Notes: generated by a model not told the origin, from the letters alone. 64,000 nt of DNA from Candidatus Woesearchaeota archaeon (GCA_018676855.1 JABHDY010000003.1:148136-212135); one strand, 5' to 3'; positions 8,881 through 18,333 are shown, numbered from the stretch's first letter. A program made the numbers and translations.

Positions 8881-11800
8881 ATGAAAAGAATACATGGGCA
8901 CAAAGTTTTAGTAATCTTAGTCTTACTTCTATTTATTAACCTTCCATTCGTAAGTGCATTAGAAATTTCAAACGTACGTGCAGAAGATGTTACGGATACA
9001 AGTGCACGAATTCTATGGGACACTGACGATACTGGTGACAGTTTTGTTGATTATGGTTTAGATACTGAAAATCTTAGAACTGTTGGTGATGCAGCTAAAG
9101 TTACTGAACATTCAATTCAACTTTCTGAATTACAACCAGAAACGGAATATGTTTTTAGTGTTGAAAGTAATGAAATTGTGAATGATAATGATGGAAATTT
9201 ATATTCGTTCATGACATTTGCTCCTGACACTGACGCACCTATGATTGATACCACATTACCAGAATTTGTTTCTGGAGATACTGTTGACATTAATGGTACT
9301 GCAGAATCAGGTTCAACAGTAAAAGTGTATGTTAATGATAATATTGCTGGTGAGATTGTATCTTCTGATGGAACGTTTATGTTTGAAAATGTTAAATTGC
9401 TTCATAATCAACAAAATATAATACGTATTAATGCTGAAGATACTGCTGGTAATATAGGAACATTTGATACAGTTATTTTTGCAGATACAAAAAAGCCTGT
9501 CATTACTATTGAAGACATTGATGAATTGGTTGAAGAAAGTACAGTTACGATTAAGGGTAGTGTTTCTGAGAATAGCACAATTGAATTTACTGTTAATAAT
9601 AGGTCTGTTGGAAATGCTGACGGAGTAACTTTTGAAGAAGAGGTTAATGTTGACGAAGGAGAAAATATTATTATTATTTCTGCAACTGATAAAGCAGGTT
9701 GGACAACAACTGTTGAGAAAACTGTAACTGCTGATACTCGTGCACCAACTGTACGGTTTGATCTTACAGGTGGAACGGAATATTATGAAGGTGTTTCAGT
9801 TACACTTGAAGGAGTTAAACAACGTGCACAGACAAATATTAACGGAGAAACTGAACCAGGTGCAAAGGTATTCTTGTACATTTATAGAGAACGTGGTGAT
9901 GAGTATAGGGCAGACTTTAAACGTGCAATTGCAAGTACGACTGCAGGCGAAGACGGTAACTTTTCGTTTGATGGCATATCTTTCCCACCATCAGCATTTC
10001 CAAGCATTCAAGATCTTTCACCAAGGGAAGTTCCGTCCGGATTGCAAGAAATTTTAATACCTAACTTGCCGTCAATCGGTGAAGAACAAAGAAAAACGTT
10101 TCATGTTTATATCATTGCAGAAGATCAAACGGGTAAGACAGGATATTCACAAAAAAACGTCCATGTAAATTCATGTTATTCAGGTAGTTTTGATCTTGAC
10201 ATTCAACCAATTACCAAATTTCAAGCACCGTTCCGTCTTGATCCAACATTAATGGAAGATGGGAGGGCAACCATTCAAGCAGTGTTTAACATATCATATA
10301 GGGGTACTGCTCTTGGCGAAACTAATCCAGCCACGTTAGAAGTTGAAGAAGGGTACAGGATTCAAAGTGCAACGTTTAGAAAAGCATGTACTCGACAAAT
10401 TAGTGAAGAAGACGATTATGCAACAGGATGTAAGTTATTACCAAATACTCTCTCTGCACAACCTAACGGTGATAATACTGCATATTATGTTACAGCAACA
10501 TTAAATCGTGCAGATGAATTTAGTGAGAGGGAAGATGATTTATGGGATGATTTTAATAGTAAACGGCAATTAAAAATGCCTATTAAGATTTTAGTAAATT
10601 ATCAAGAAAAAGAAGCTAATGGTCAATGGGGAGAACGAAAAACGCAAGTTATGTGTCACGACTTAGGATATTTTGTTGACATTCCAATTGACAGTTCTGA
10701 ACTTGTACCCGACTTCTTAGCAGATGAAGGTGTCGCTGCACTTAACTGGACAATTAACCAGATAGAAAATGTTAAACCGTATTTACGAACTGCAATGCTT
10801 GTAACAGGTATTGGATGTATCGGTTCGTTCTTAACAAAAATGGTTGTACGATACTATAGAGTATTTATGTCATATTTTGAACCGTGGACAACACGATTAG
10901 CTGGAGATGATAAGAAATGTCCTGGAGGAAGTGGACAGCAAAAATTGTATCTTGACAGTACGATTGAACATTGGCAAGAATTGGGGAGGGACGTTCCTCT
11001 TGATCTTACCAAAGAAGAACATTCGCTTGACACTAAATGTCCTTCAACCGCAGGCGCATGGGAATTTGAAAGTTATGTTGATCAGTTGTATAGGTGGACA
11101 TGTGATAGGTTCTTATGCCGTGCAGTTCCTGCAGCATGGACGTCAACAAAAGAAGAGCATGAAGTTGAAGAAGTTATATTGAAACAAAAAATGTGCAGTG
11201 TAACTGGCAATTGTGCATTAATGTATAAAGTCGAGAATTGTCAAGATAAGATTAAATTAAATCCAGCATACGGTAAATTCATTGAAAGAAAAGAACAGGA
11301 GGGACCATGGTCTTGTTGGCGTGATGCAGAAGGCACACATTATTATAGGTGTGTAGGAAGAAATAATGAACCCTCTTTGTGTGGTACGCAAGAAGATATT
11401 ATAAAATTACAAGAGAAAGATATATGGCGTCTTGCACCTGTAGAAAAATTAGGTGATGTTATACCAGAAGCGAAACTTGTCCTTAACCCAGAAAATACTG
11501 ACCAAGTCTGTGCAGCTGTTGATAAGTCATGTGCAACACAATGTAAAAAGAAGTCTGGATATGTAGCTGTTGATGATGGGTTTACTGTTGGTAAGAAAGA
11601 TAATGTCGCTGTTGTAAGTGAAGAAGATAGGAATGCTCAGTCACCAAAAAATGTTGTTAAATCTAAAGGAGCTTGCTACTTAGAAGATTCAGATGGTAAC
11701 CTTAAAGGTGCAGGAAGTGCACGTGTTGACGGTACTAAGTTTGCATCTGGATATACTAAAGATTGTTTTATTGATGAAAACACAGGAGATAAATATCAAT

Positions 11801-14577
11801 GTGTCTGTGAAGAAGATGAAAGTAAAACAAAAGGAGATTATAAGGGAGACAACCTTAGAACAGCAGTTAAAGAAGAAAATGGTCAGGCAGAAGAGTGGCA
11901 ATATAGACAAGCGCGTGTCTTTGCAGAGTCTGGAAAAACTATTGGAACGTACTATCCAGAATGGCGGTATTATAGTGGACGAGACGTATCGGGAGCGTTC
12001 GGCCAGAATTATGCACTTGATGCACTTACACCGAGCGGTTCAGCAAACGAATATTCAACAACACAAGTTAATCCCCGAACACAAATGTTAGGCGCGTTCC
12101 AATCAATGTGTTTAACACAAATTAATGCGCATTTAGAATCTCTTCAAAGCATGCTTATTGGACTACAACAATGTATCATACAAGCGAAACATACAGGGTT
12201 CCATGATGCAGGTATGTGTAAGACAATGTTTACACAGCAAGTGTGCGGCCTTATTTACAAAAGTATTGCGTACCTTGCAAGTGATTGTTCACCATTATCA
12301 ATGAAAGACGTTGATAAAGGTGGTTCAGATGAAGAAGGTATAGCTGATGGTGCAGTTGCATTCTTTGATTCTGGATTTAAAGCAATTCCTGACGCTATGG
12401 ACGCATCTATCCAAGAAGTGAGAGAAGATTATGCAAATTCTCACATGGAACAGTTCTTCGCTGCAGGTTCACAAGGATTCTCTGAATCGTTATGTTTAGC
12501 TGCGTTCGGGTACGATTTTCCAATGGGTATGGACTTTATCATGGACGCTGCAAATGCAGTACCGTCAAAAACTAAGGTCTTTATGCCCGTTACTGAAAGA
12601 GAATTGACAACGTTCAATCCTATTGATGGAACAGCAATACATAATTATCATATTGCAGGAACGTTCATTCCAGGATGTAGCATCCGTGGATATAGAACAA
12701 CGTTAAAATGTGTTGGTTTAGATGATTTGGGCCATCCTAATGTTGAAAAAGGTGGCGATTGTTTACAAGCATCTAATTTACAGTCACCCTACACAGATCA
12801 AAGAACCCACCTTATTGATGGAGGAACAGGTTTCGGCGGTGTAACACGTCGACAAATGTTTGATTTACCAATAGAATCTCCACAACCTATCAGTAGCCAG
12901 TATAGGTATGATCACGTTGTCTTTGAACTTTTCTTAGATCAGGGAGAAAGTCCAGAAGCATGTTTTGATGAAGGGTACAGAACATCTAACGGTGGCATTT
13001 GGTATTTCCCAATAACAGATATTAGTCAAACATTACAAGCAGAATGTTACGCAGATTTAAGTTCAGGACGGTACATCTGTCCTGAGGTTAGTGGATTTTT
13101 TACAGGCGGACAGACATTCTTTGAACATCCGTTCATGGAATGTTATAATAAAGATACTGAAGAATTTACTGACTGCCAGAGTCCCAACTTGTTCATTAAA
13201 AATGATCCAATCGTAATTAAACCGTACATGTACCTTGGAAATGAAAAATCATGTTTAAAAATTACTGATACAAAGGGACAAATAGAACGTGTTATTGAAC
13301 TTCCTGAAAATATTGCCGGACCATACGCACCACGAATACAACTTGCAACTGTTTCAGAGAGTATGCTCAGTGGTAGCGGTATTGCAACAATAATTAATGT
13401 TGACCAAACAGTAACCGGTTGTGGTGGAAATGGTAAAGATGTATACATAAGCGGAAGACCGGGTACGCATAGTAGTCCACGCCGGTTTAGTGTTACAGTA
13501 ACACCAACACAAAATAATATGTTTCAGTTAGATGTTGATCCTAATGTTCAGGTACATTCGCCAACGGGTGGATTGACGTATGGTAAATCTGGTAACACCG
13601 TGGTCGTTATAACTGGAACCACATCACGACAAGAACTTACACGTGACGAAATATTTAACGCACAATTTACTGTTGACGGTTTTACGTTTAGTCAAGTATT
13701 TGATAAAACAACTGCATTATCAACGCCTGCACAATGTTCTTTTCAAACATTACCAACTGACACAACCACACAATCAGTTGGAACAATGAGTGCACTACGA
13801 ATATCTGCACAACTGTTACAGCCAGGTTCAGGTGGAAGTTGTTTCACTGCAGTAACGCCAATGCCTAAGAGTAGTCAAGGAAAAACAAGTCATACACAAA
13901 CAATCCGTGTTCAGTCTCAACGTGTTGAAGAATCTATTGCAAGTGATATGTATGAAGATTTTAAAGCAGGAAATTATCAACTTGTAATTGAAAAAGCAAA
14001 AGATATTGTACAACAGAACATGCAACGTGGCGAAAGTTCATTAACAGACGTACAAGCAACATATTATTGGATTGCAAGTTATGTCATGTTAGGAAGTTCA
14101 CGGTGGAAACAAGATTATGGGTCTGAGATACGAAGTTTGTTAGATCTCTTCTTTTTACGAAATTATGTTGGTCAAACAATTACATCATATCCAAGTGATG
14201 TTAAAAGTACTGGTGAATATCAAAAAGTTGAGAAGTATTTTTGTTGTGTTGCTAAGGAGTTAAATGTTGAAAATCAATATTCTGCATGTCAAGGAAGTGG
14301 TTCTTGCGATGGAATATCTTTAGATGGCGATTTACAAGCAGAACTTGTTTGTAATGCACCAACTACAAAATATAAAGTTATTGTTAGTGATGGAACAGGT
14401 CTTGAAATAAACAAAAAACCACAAGCAGGTTTACAAGGAAATAGTAAAGAAAACATGCCAGATAACGCAGAGTTTGATGTTTGTAATAATCCTAAGCAAG
14501 GAACATGGGCAGTAGTAAGTTTTAACAATATTGTTGGATGGTCAAATATTGCTGCTCAATATGCAAAGAAAAAATGA
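8881..14577 (+). CDS. Giant (1898 aa) secreted surface protein: signal peptide, Fn3-like domain, three Ig-like repeats, internal hydrophobic segment, Cys-rich body, SH3-like C-terminus
   Basis: Signal 'VLVILVLLLFINLPFVSA'. 'ARILWDTDD..VDYGLD..HSIQLSELQPETEYVF' (Fn3/PAP-N-like). Repeats ending 'PDTDAP', 'ADTKKP', 'ADTRAP'. Hydrophobic 'TAMLVTGIGCIGSFLTKMVV' at about aa 637-657. C-terminal 'YKVIVSDGTGLEINKKP..GTWAVVSFNNIVGWSNI'. Confidence 0.8.
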   Translation: MKRIHGHKVLVILVLLLFINLPFVSALEISNVRAEDVTDTSARILWDTDDTGDSFVDYGLDTENLRTVGDAAKVTEHSIQLSELQPETEYVFSVESNEIVNDNDGNLYSFMTFAPDTDAPMIDTTLPEFVSGDTVDINGTAESGSTVKVYVNDNIAGEIVSSDGTFMFENVKLLHNQQNIIRINAEDTAGNIGTFDTVIFADTKKPVITIEDIDELVEESTVTIKGSVSENSTIEFTVNNRSVGNADGVTFEEEVNVDEGENIIIISATDKAGWTTTVEKTVTADTRAPTVRFDLTGGTEYYEGVSVTLEGVKQRAQTNINGETEPGAKVFLYIYRERGDEYRADFKRAIASTTAGEDGNFSFDGISFPPSAFPSIQDLSPREVPSGLQEILIPNLPSIGEEQRKTFHVYIIAEDQTGKTGYSQKNVHVNSCYSGSFDLDIQPITKFQAPFRLDPTLMEDGRATIQAVFNISYRGTALGETNPATLEVEEGYRIQSATFRKACTRQISEEDDYATGCKLLPNTLSAQPNGDNTAYYVTATLNRADEFSEREDDLWDDFNSKRQLKMPIKILVNYQEKEANGQWGERKTQVMCHDLGYFVDIPIDSSELVPDFLADEGVAALNWTINQIENVKPYLRTAMLVTGIGCIGSFLTKMVVRYYRVFMSYFEPWTTRLAGDDKKCPGGSGQQKLYLDSTIEHWQELGRDVPLDLTKEEHSLDTKCPSTAGAWEFESYVDQLYRWTCDRFLCRAVPAAWTSTKEEHEVEEVILKQKMCSVTGNCALMYKVENCQDKIKLNPAYGKFIERKEQEGPWSCWRDAEGTHYYRCVGRNNEPSLCGTQEDIIKLQEKDIWRLAPVEKLGDVIPEAKLVLNPENTDQVCAAVDKSCATQCKKKSGYVAVDDGFTVGKKDNVAVVSEEDRNAQSPKNVVKSKGACYLEDSDGNLKGAGSARVDGTKFASGYTKDCFIDENTGDKYQCVCEEDESKTKGDYKGDNLRTAVKEENGQAEEWQYRQARVFAESGKTIGTYYPEWRYYSGRDVSGAFGQNYALDALTPSGSANEYSTTQVNPRTQMLGAFQSMCLTQINAHLESLQSMLIGLQQCIIQAKHTGFHDAGMCKTMFTQQVCGLIYKSIAYLASDCSPLSMKDVDKGGSDEEGIADGAVAFFDSGFKAIPDAMDASIQEVREDYANSHMEQFFAAGSQGFSESLCLAAFGYDFPMGMDFIMDAANAVPSKTKVFMPVTERELTTFNPIDGTAIHNYHIAGTFIPGCSIRGYRTTLKCVGLDDLGHPNVEKGGDCLQASNLQSPYTDQRTHLIDGGTGFGGVTRRQMFDLPIESPQPISSQYRYDHVVFELFLDQGESPEACFDEGYRTSNGGIWYFPITDISQTLQAECYADLSSGRYICPEVSGFFTGGQTFFEHPFMECYNKDTEEFTDCQSPNLFIKNDPIVIKPYMYLGNEKSCLKITDTKGQIERVIELPENIAGPYAPRIQLATVSESMLSGSGIATIINVDQTVTGCGGNGKDVYISGRPGTHSSPRRFSVTVTPTQNNMFQLDVDPNVQVHSPTGGLTYGKSGNTVVVITGTTSRQELTRDEIFNAQFTVDGFTFSQVFDKTTALSTPAQCSFQTLPTDTTTQSVGTMSALRISAQLLQPGSGGSCFTAVTPMPKSSQGKTSHTQTIRVQSQRVEESIASDMYEDFKAGNYQLVIEKAKDIVQQNMQRGESSLTDVQATYYWIASYVMLGSSRWKQDYGSEIRSLLDLFFLRNYVGQTITSYPSDVKSTGEYQKVEKYFCCVAKELNVENQYSACQGSGSCDGISLDGDLQAELVCNAPTTKYKVIVSDGTGLEINKKPQAGLQGNSKENMPDNAEFDVCNNPKQGTWAVVSFNNIVGWSNIAAQYAKKK

Positions 14578-15185
14578 ATAAAAAAGCAATATCAACAATA
14601 ATGGGAATTATGATTTTCTTAGTAGTAGTAGTTTTTACAAGTTCAATAATTTTAGTTTTAGTTAAATCAAATGTTATTGAAGTTAATAACGAGCCAAGTG
14701 AGGACGTCTTAAACACAAACTTCTTGCCAATTAGTCGTGGTGGTGAATTGGGAATAAAAGAGTTTGTATTTTGTAGTTATGTTGACACAGATTTTAGTTG
14801 TCTTTATCCCTCAGATACTTTTTACCTTAACACTGATGTTCACTTCTTTCTTATTCTTGAAACTACACCGTATAATGGTAAAGTTATGTTAATTGAGAAT
14901 TATATTATAAGAAATCCTTCTGGAGAAATTATTTTCGATACTGGTAAGAAATACAATTACCATTTTGAGACTTCTTCAGATAATATTAAAGAGTTAATTT
15001 ACTTGAGAGATAATTTTAATATTGGTAAAGAATTTGAAACAGGAGATTATTCTTTTGAGTTAATAATTAACAATCCATTATTAGGAATAGAAGAAAGCTC
15101 AACATACAATTTTAAGATGGTTGAAGACCCTTTTGGTTATGAAGAACCCGAACCTTTTAGTGTGGAGGACTTTGAATTACGATGA
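14574..15185 (+). CDS. Pilin-like protein with archaeal class III (prepilin-type) signal peptide
   Basis: 'MNKKA/ISTIMGIMIFLVVVVF' resembles the KG/KA cleavage context of archaeal type IV pilins. ATGA overlap with the giant gene stop (14574-14577). Confidence 0.55.
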   Translation: MNKKAISTIMGIMIFLVVVVFTSSIILVLVKSNVIEVNNEPSEDVLNTNFLPISRGGELGIKEFVFCSYVDTDFSCLYPSDTFYLNTDVHFFLILETTPYNGKVMLIENYIIRNPSGEIIFDTGKKYNYHFETSSDNIKELIYLRDNFNIGKEFETGDYSFELIINNPLLGIEESSTYNFKMVEDPFGYEEPEPFSVEDFELR

Positions 15186-16696
15186 AAAATAGAACAATAG
15201 TATTGTTACTTGTACCTTTAATCTTATTATTACTACCGATACTTCAAGCTGAGACTACTAGTGGTGACACATATAGATGTAGAAATCCTAACGCATGTAA
15301 GGAGATTGATGATGTTTGGAAACAAATTGCACCACTTATTGTTGATAATCCTAACATGATTTGGGACCCTCAAACAGGAAAGTGGCGAGAATACGAGGAG
15401 TTTTATCCTTCAGTAAAAACTTCAGATACGCAAGCAACTATCACAGAAGAAGAAAAAACAGAACAAGATCTTCCTGTTATTGGAACACCCCCAGTTACAG
15501 TACGAGGAAAAGAATGGAAAGCATATCAAGAAAGTATTAAGGCAACACAAGATGCTTTCGGTCCAGAAAATGTTGAAAGGTTTCCAACATTGAGACCTAA
15601 AACAGTAACAGTTGAAAAACCTGATTATAATGGAAATCTTGCTGGGGGTTCATACACCATCGCACTTAACCCAGGAACTACATGTCCGAACGGTATTTGT
15701 TATAATGATATCCATTTGAAACAAAGACGAATTAAAGATAACAAACAAGGGATTTTAATTCATGCAACCGAAGGAAATACATATCTCGGTACTGCAAAAA
15801 GTTGGAATGATCGATATAGTGCAAAAGCAAGTGACCCTATAATTACAAAATGTAAAGAGAAATACTCTGAGAAATATTGTTTTGGCCATATTAGTTTTAC
15901 CCATTATATTTTAGGACGAGAAGGTAAATATATTCAACATGCATCAGAATTTGCTGCCACGTACCATAGTTCTACAAGTAGTAAAAGTAAACAAGTTCCT
16001 GCTGCTCAGTGGGATTATAACACTGTTGCCATTGAAGTTTCTAATGGTGTTACAAAATGTACTGGAATTTGTAATTCTGGTTCTAAAACATATAAAGGAG
16101 TTACTGCAACTGATTGTGATAGAGATGCCGTATGTAGAACTGCGACAAGTATATGGGGTACGAGAGATAATTATAAACCCCAATCTGATTTGGAACCAGG
16201 TAGGTATTCTTCACAATTCTCAGATTCAGTAAAGCTGGAGAAATATTCTGATAATCAAATGAAAGCATTAATCAAATTGACAGCCGAGATTATGATTCGT
16301 CATAATATTCATATTGATAATGTGGCACGACACGCAGACCATACTTGGAGGAAAACAAATGCAGGCCACACAGATCCAGGATCAGCATTTGATTGGATGG
16401 GATTTAAGAAATCATTATGTCTAGCAGTGAACGGATATTATGGACGATCAGTGTATCCTAACTGTAACACATTAGCTATTGTTGGTAGCTCCGCTACGAG
16501 TACAGATTATGGAGGGAGTGATTATGTTGATCCAGAGTATGTTGCGGCGGCTGAATCTGGAATTAGTGATGCACTTGGATTAAAAGAACCTGAAGACGAT
16601 GCTCCAACAGGACCTTATGCGACGGTTAAATCTGCATATGCTGCGGTTGAATCTACCATTGGTGGATTATTTGGATCAACAGAATCTGATGAATAA
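15182..16696 (+). CDS. Exported N-acetylmuramoyl-L-alanine amidase-like protein (Amidase_2/PGRP fold)
   Basis: Signal 'IVLLLVPLILLLLPILQA'. 'GILIHATEGN', 'FTHYILGREGKYIQH', 'YNTVAIEVSNG', 'MKALIKLTAEIMIRHNIHIDNVARHADH..GHTDPGSAFDW'. ATGA overlap with the upstream gene. Confidence 0.7.
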   Translation: MKNRTIVLLLVPLILLLLPILQAETTSGDTYRCRNPNACKEIDDVWKQIAPLIVDNPNMIWDPQTGKWREYEEFYPSVKTSDTQATITEEEKTEQDLPVIGTPPVTVRGKEWKAYQESIKATQDAFGPENVERFPTLRPKTVTVEKPDYNGNLAGGSYTIALNPGTTCPNGICYNDIHLKQRRIKDNKQGILIHATEGNTYLGTAKSWNDRYSAKASDPIITKCKEKYSEKYCFGHISFTHYILGREGKYIQHASEFAATYHSSTSSKSKQVPAAQWDYNTVAIEVSNGVTKCTGICNSGSKTYKGVTATDCDRDAVCRTATSIWGTRDNYKPQSDLEPGRYSSQFSDSVKLEKYSDNQMKALIKLTAEIMIRHNIHIDNVARHADHTWRKTNAGHTDPGSAFDWMGFKKSLCLAVNGYYGRSVYPNCNTLAIVGSSATSTDYGGSDYVDPEYVAAAESGISDALGLKEPEDDAPTGPYATVKSAYAAVESTIGGLFGSTESDE

Positions 16697-16711
16697 ACCA
16701 ACTTTAGAATT

Positions 16712-17191
16712 CTATTCCTTCTTATGCCTTTGAATCAATTCTTCGATAACTTTCATGATTCTGTGAGGATCTTCAATATCTTTAATTTCAAACGTTTTAC
16801 CTTTACCTGCCTCAACGTCTATAGTTCCATAGCCAAGAATTCGTTGAAGATGACCCTGTTTAATATTAATATCGGGAACAAAACCTAAAGGATGAAAATA
16901 AACATTTTTTCTGTTGTGTTTAATAAGTCCGTGAGAAATAATTATTTTTTCGTTCGTTATTTTGTACCTGTACATGTATCGTGAGATTTCTGTGTATCCA
17001 AGAAGAACAATACCTAACCCTAAAACAAAAAATCTGATACTATTAGAAAAGTTTGTAATCCAAATTGCTGAAAATAATACAAGAACGATAAGAAGGCCAC
17101 CACATACATACTCAATAAGGAACGCCTTCCGTGTTTTACGAAATGAGTATAATATACGATCATCATCCATCCACTTCACTTTCTTACGCAT
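16712..17191 (-). CDS. Membrane protein with bacterial PH-like (bPH_2/DUF304, YdbT-like) domain
   Basis: Start moved to 'MRKKVKW' (ATG 17191). Two TM helices, then 'YKITNEKIIISHGLI..INIKQGHLQRILGYGTIDVEAG..IEDP'. Confidence 0.55.
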   Translation of the reverse strand: MRKKVKWMDDDRILYSFRKTRKAFLIEYVCGGLLIVLVLFSAIWITNFSNSIRFFVLGLGIVLLGYTEISRYMYRYKITNEKIIISHGLIKHNRKNVYFHPLGFVPDINIKQGHLQRILGYGTIDVEAGKGKTFEIKDIEDPHRIMKVIEELIQRHKKE

Positions 17192-17212
17192 ACAGCAACA
17201 ATATACTAAAAC

Positions 17213-17221
17213 TTTATATAT
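17213..17221. promoter_or_regulatory. Shared near-palindromic TATA element between divergent leaderless genes
   Basis: 'tttatatat' centred about 26 nt from ATG 17191 (minus) and about 31 nt from ATG 17248 (plus). Confidence 0.35.
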
Positions 17222-17247
17222 CTTGTGGGATACAAGAAATAATAGGA

Positions 17248-17496
17248 ATGTTACGAAGAGTCTTAAAGAAGTTGCATAAAAAGAAAGTAAAAAAAGAATA
17301 TCCAAACAGATTTCTCGCATTTTATTATCGTCATAAGAAACGATTGAACAAAGAACGCCGTTCAACATATACAAAAAGAAAAAAGAAAGGTGTGTGTGTT
17401 CGATGTACAAATAACGTTGTTCCTGGAATTATTTTCTGTTCATATCATCAAAAGAAACAGAAACAGTATAATAAGAATGCACGGAAAAAATCATAA
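17248..17496 (+). CDS. Small highly basic protein with CxxC..CxxH motif
   Basis: 82 aa from 'MLRRVLKK'. Contains 'CVRCTNNVVPGIIFCSYH'. The earlier part of track ORF 17131-17496 overlaps the divergent gene. Confidence 0.3.
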   Translation: MLRRVLKKLHKKKVKKEYPNRFLAFYYRHKKRLNKERRSTYTKRKKKGVCVRCTNNVVPGIIFCSYHQKKQKQYNKNARKKS

Positions 17497-18186
17497 ATTT
17501 TTGATTTTGCCAAAATTAAATACTTCATTATTACTAATAACAAATACTGTAAAGTTCTTAATATCTGTAAGAAATGGACTTAATAATGTATCTTGTAAAA
17601 CGTTTGTTCCTTCTACTAACGGATTAAAACTAGGCATTACAATAAGTTTTTGACGTTTCCACGATCCACGAAGAAAACATTTATACTTTTCATACTTACT
17701 TTTCTCACGTAATGTAATTGCAGGATGTTCATGACCAATGATAATAGTTTTTGCACTTGTTTCAATGAGAGCATCACCATGAGTTATACATATATCTCTA
17801 ACCCCATACTTTTTGACAACAGTTATATTTCTCTTTTTTGTTATTGGCGTTACAAGTGGATCATGATTTCCTTGAATAATTATTAATTCTGTACAATTTT
17901 TCAACAAGAAATCAATAATTGTAAGAACATCTGACCACTCATCCTGAAGTATTCGTCCAAACTCATGTTTTAAATCACCATTAATAACGATAATTTTTGG
18001 TTTTACTTGTGTAAATATTTGTTTCAGCTGAGATAGTATCGTTTTTAGCTGCGTTTTAGGTAATAAAACGCCTCTATGATGTAACGCTTCCTCATATCCT
18101 ATATGTAAATCGCTGAGAATAAGGACATCTTCTGGCCGTATAAATAGGGCTGTATTGACAATCTCAAGTCCTTTAGATATTTCCAT
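17491..18186 (-). CDS. Calcineurin-like metallophosphoesterase (COG1407-like)
   Basis: 'LILSDLHIGYEE', 'INGDLKHEF', 'IIQGNHD', 'ITHGD', 'IIGHEHP'. Start at 'MEISKG' (18186), because ATG 18219 lies beyond the TATA box. Confidence 0.75.
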   Translation of the reverse strand: MEISKGLEIVNTALFIRPEDVLILSDLHIGYEEALHHRGVLLPKTQLKTILSQLKQIFTQVKPKIIVINGDLKHEFGRILQDEWSDVLTIIDFLLKNCTELIIIQGNHDPLVTPITKKRNITVVKKYGVRDICITHGDALIETSAKTIIIGHEHPAITLREKSKYEKYKCFLRGSWKRQKLIVMPSFNPLVEGTNVLQDTLLSPFLTDIKNFTVFVISNNEVFNFGKIKNL

Positions 18187-18206
18187 AGTAGTTTTGGAGC
18201 AGAAAT

Positions 18207-18216
18207 ATTTATAAAT
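18207..18216. promoter_or_regulatory. Perfectly palindromic TATA box shared by divergent units
   Basis: 'atttataaat' equals its own reverse complement. Its centre is about 26 nt from ATG 18186 (minus) and about 28 nt from the tRNA-Asn 5' end at 18240. Confidence 0.4.
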
Positions 18217-18239
18217 CATTTGGCGTAATGCTAGATTGT

Positions 18240-18333
18240 GCCCCAGTGGCTTAGTGGTTTAGAGCATGTGGCTGTTATCCTTCATTGGAAAGATACCACA
18301 GGGTCGCAGGTTCAACTCCTGCCTGGGGCGCCA
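18240..18333 (+). tRNA. tRNA-Asn (anticodon GTT) with an intron of about 17 nt at the canonical 37/38 position; CCA encoded
   Basis: Acceptor GCCCCAG/CTGGGGC, discriminator G, then CCA. Anticodon stem TGTGG..CCACA is interrupted after 'CTGTTA' by 'TCCTTCATTGGAAAGAT'. T-arm GCAGG-TTCAACT-CCTGC. Confidence 0.8.
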
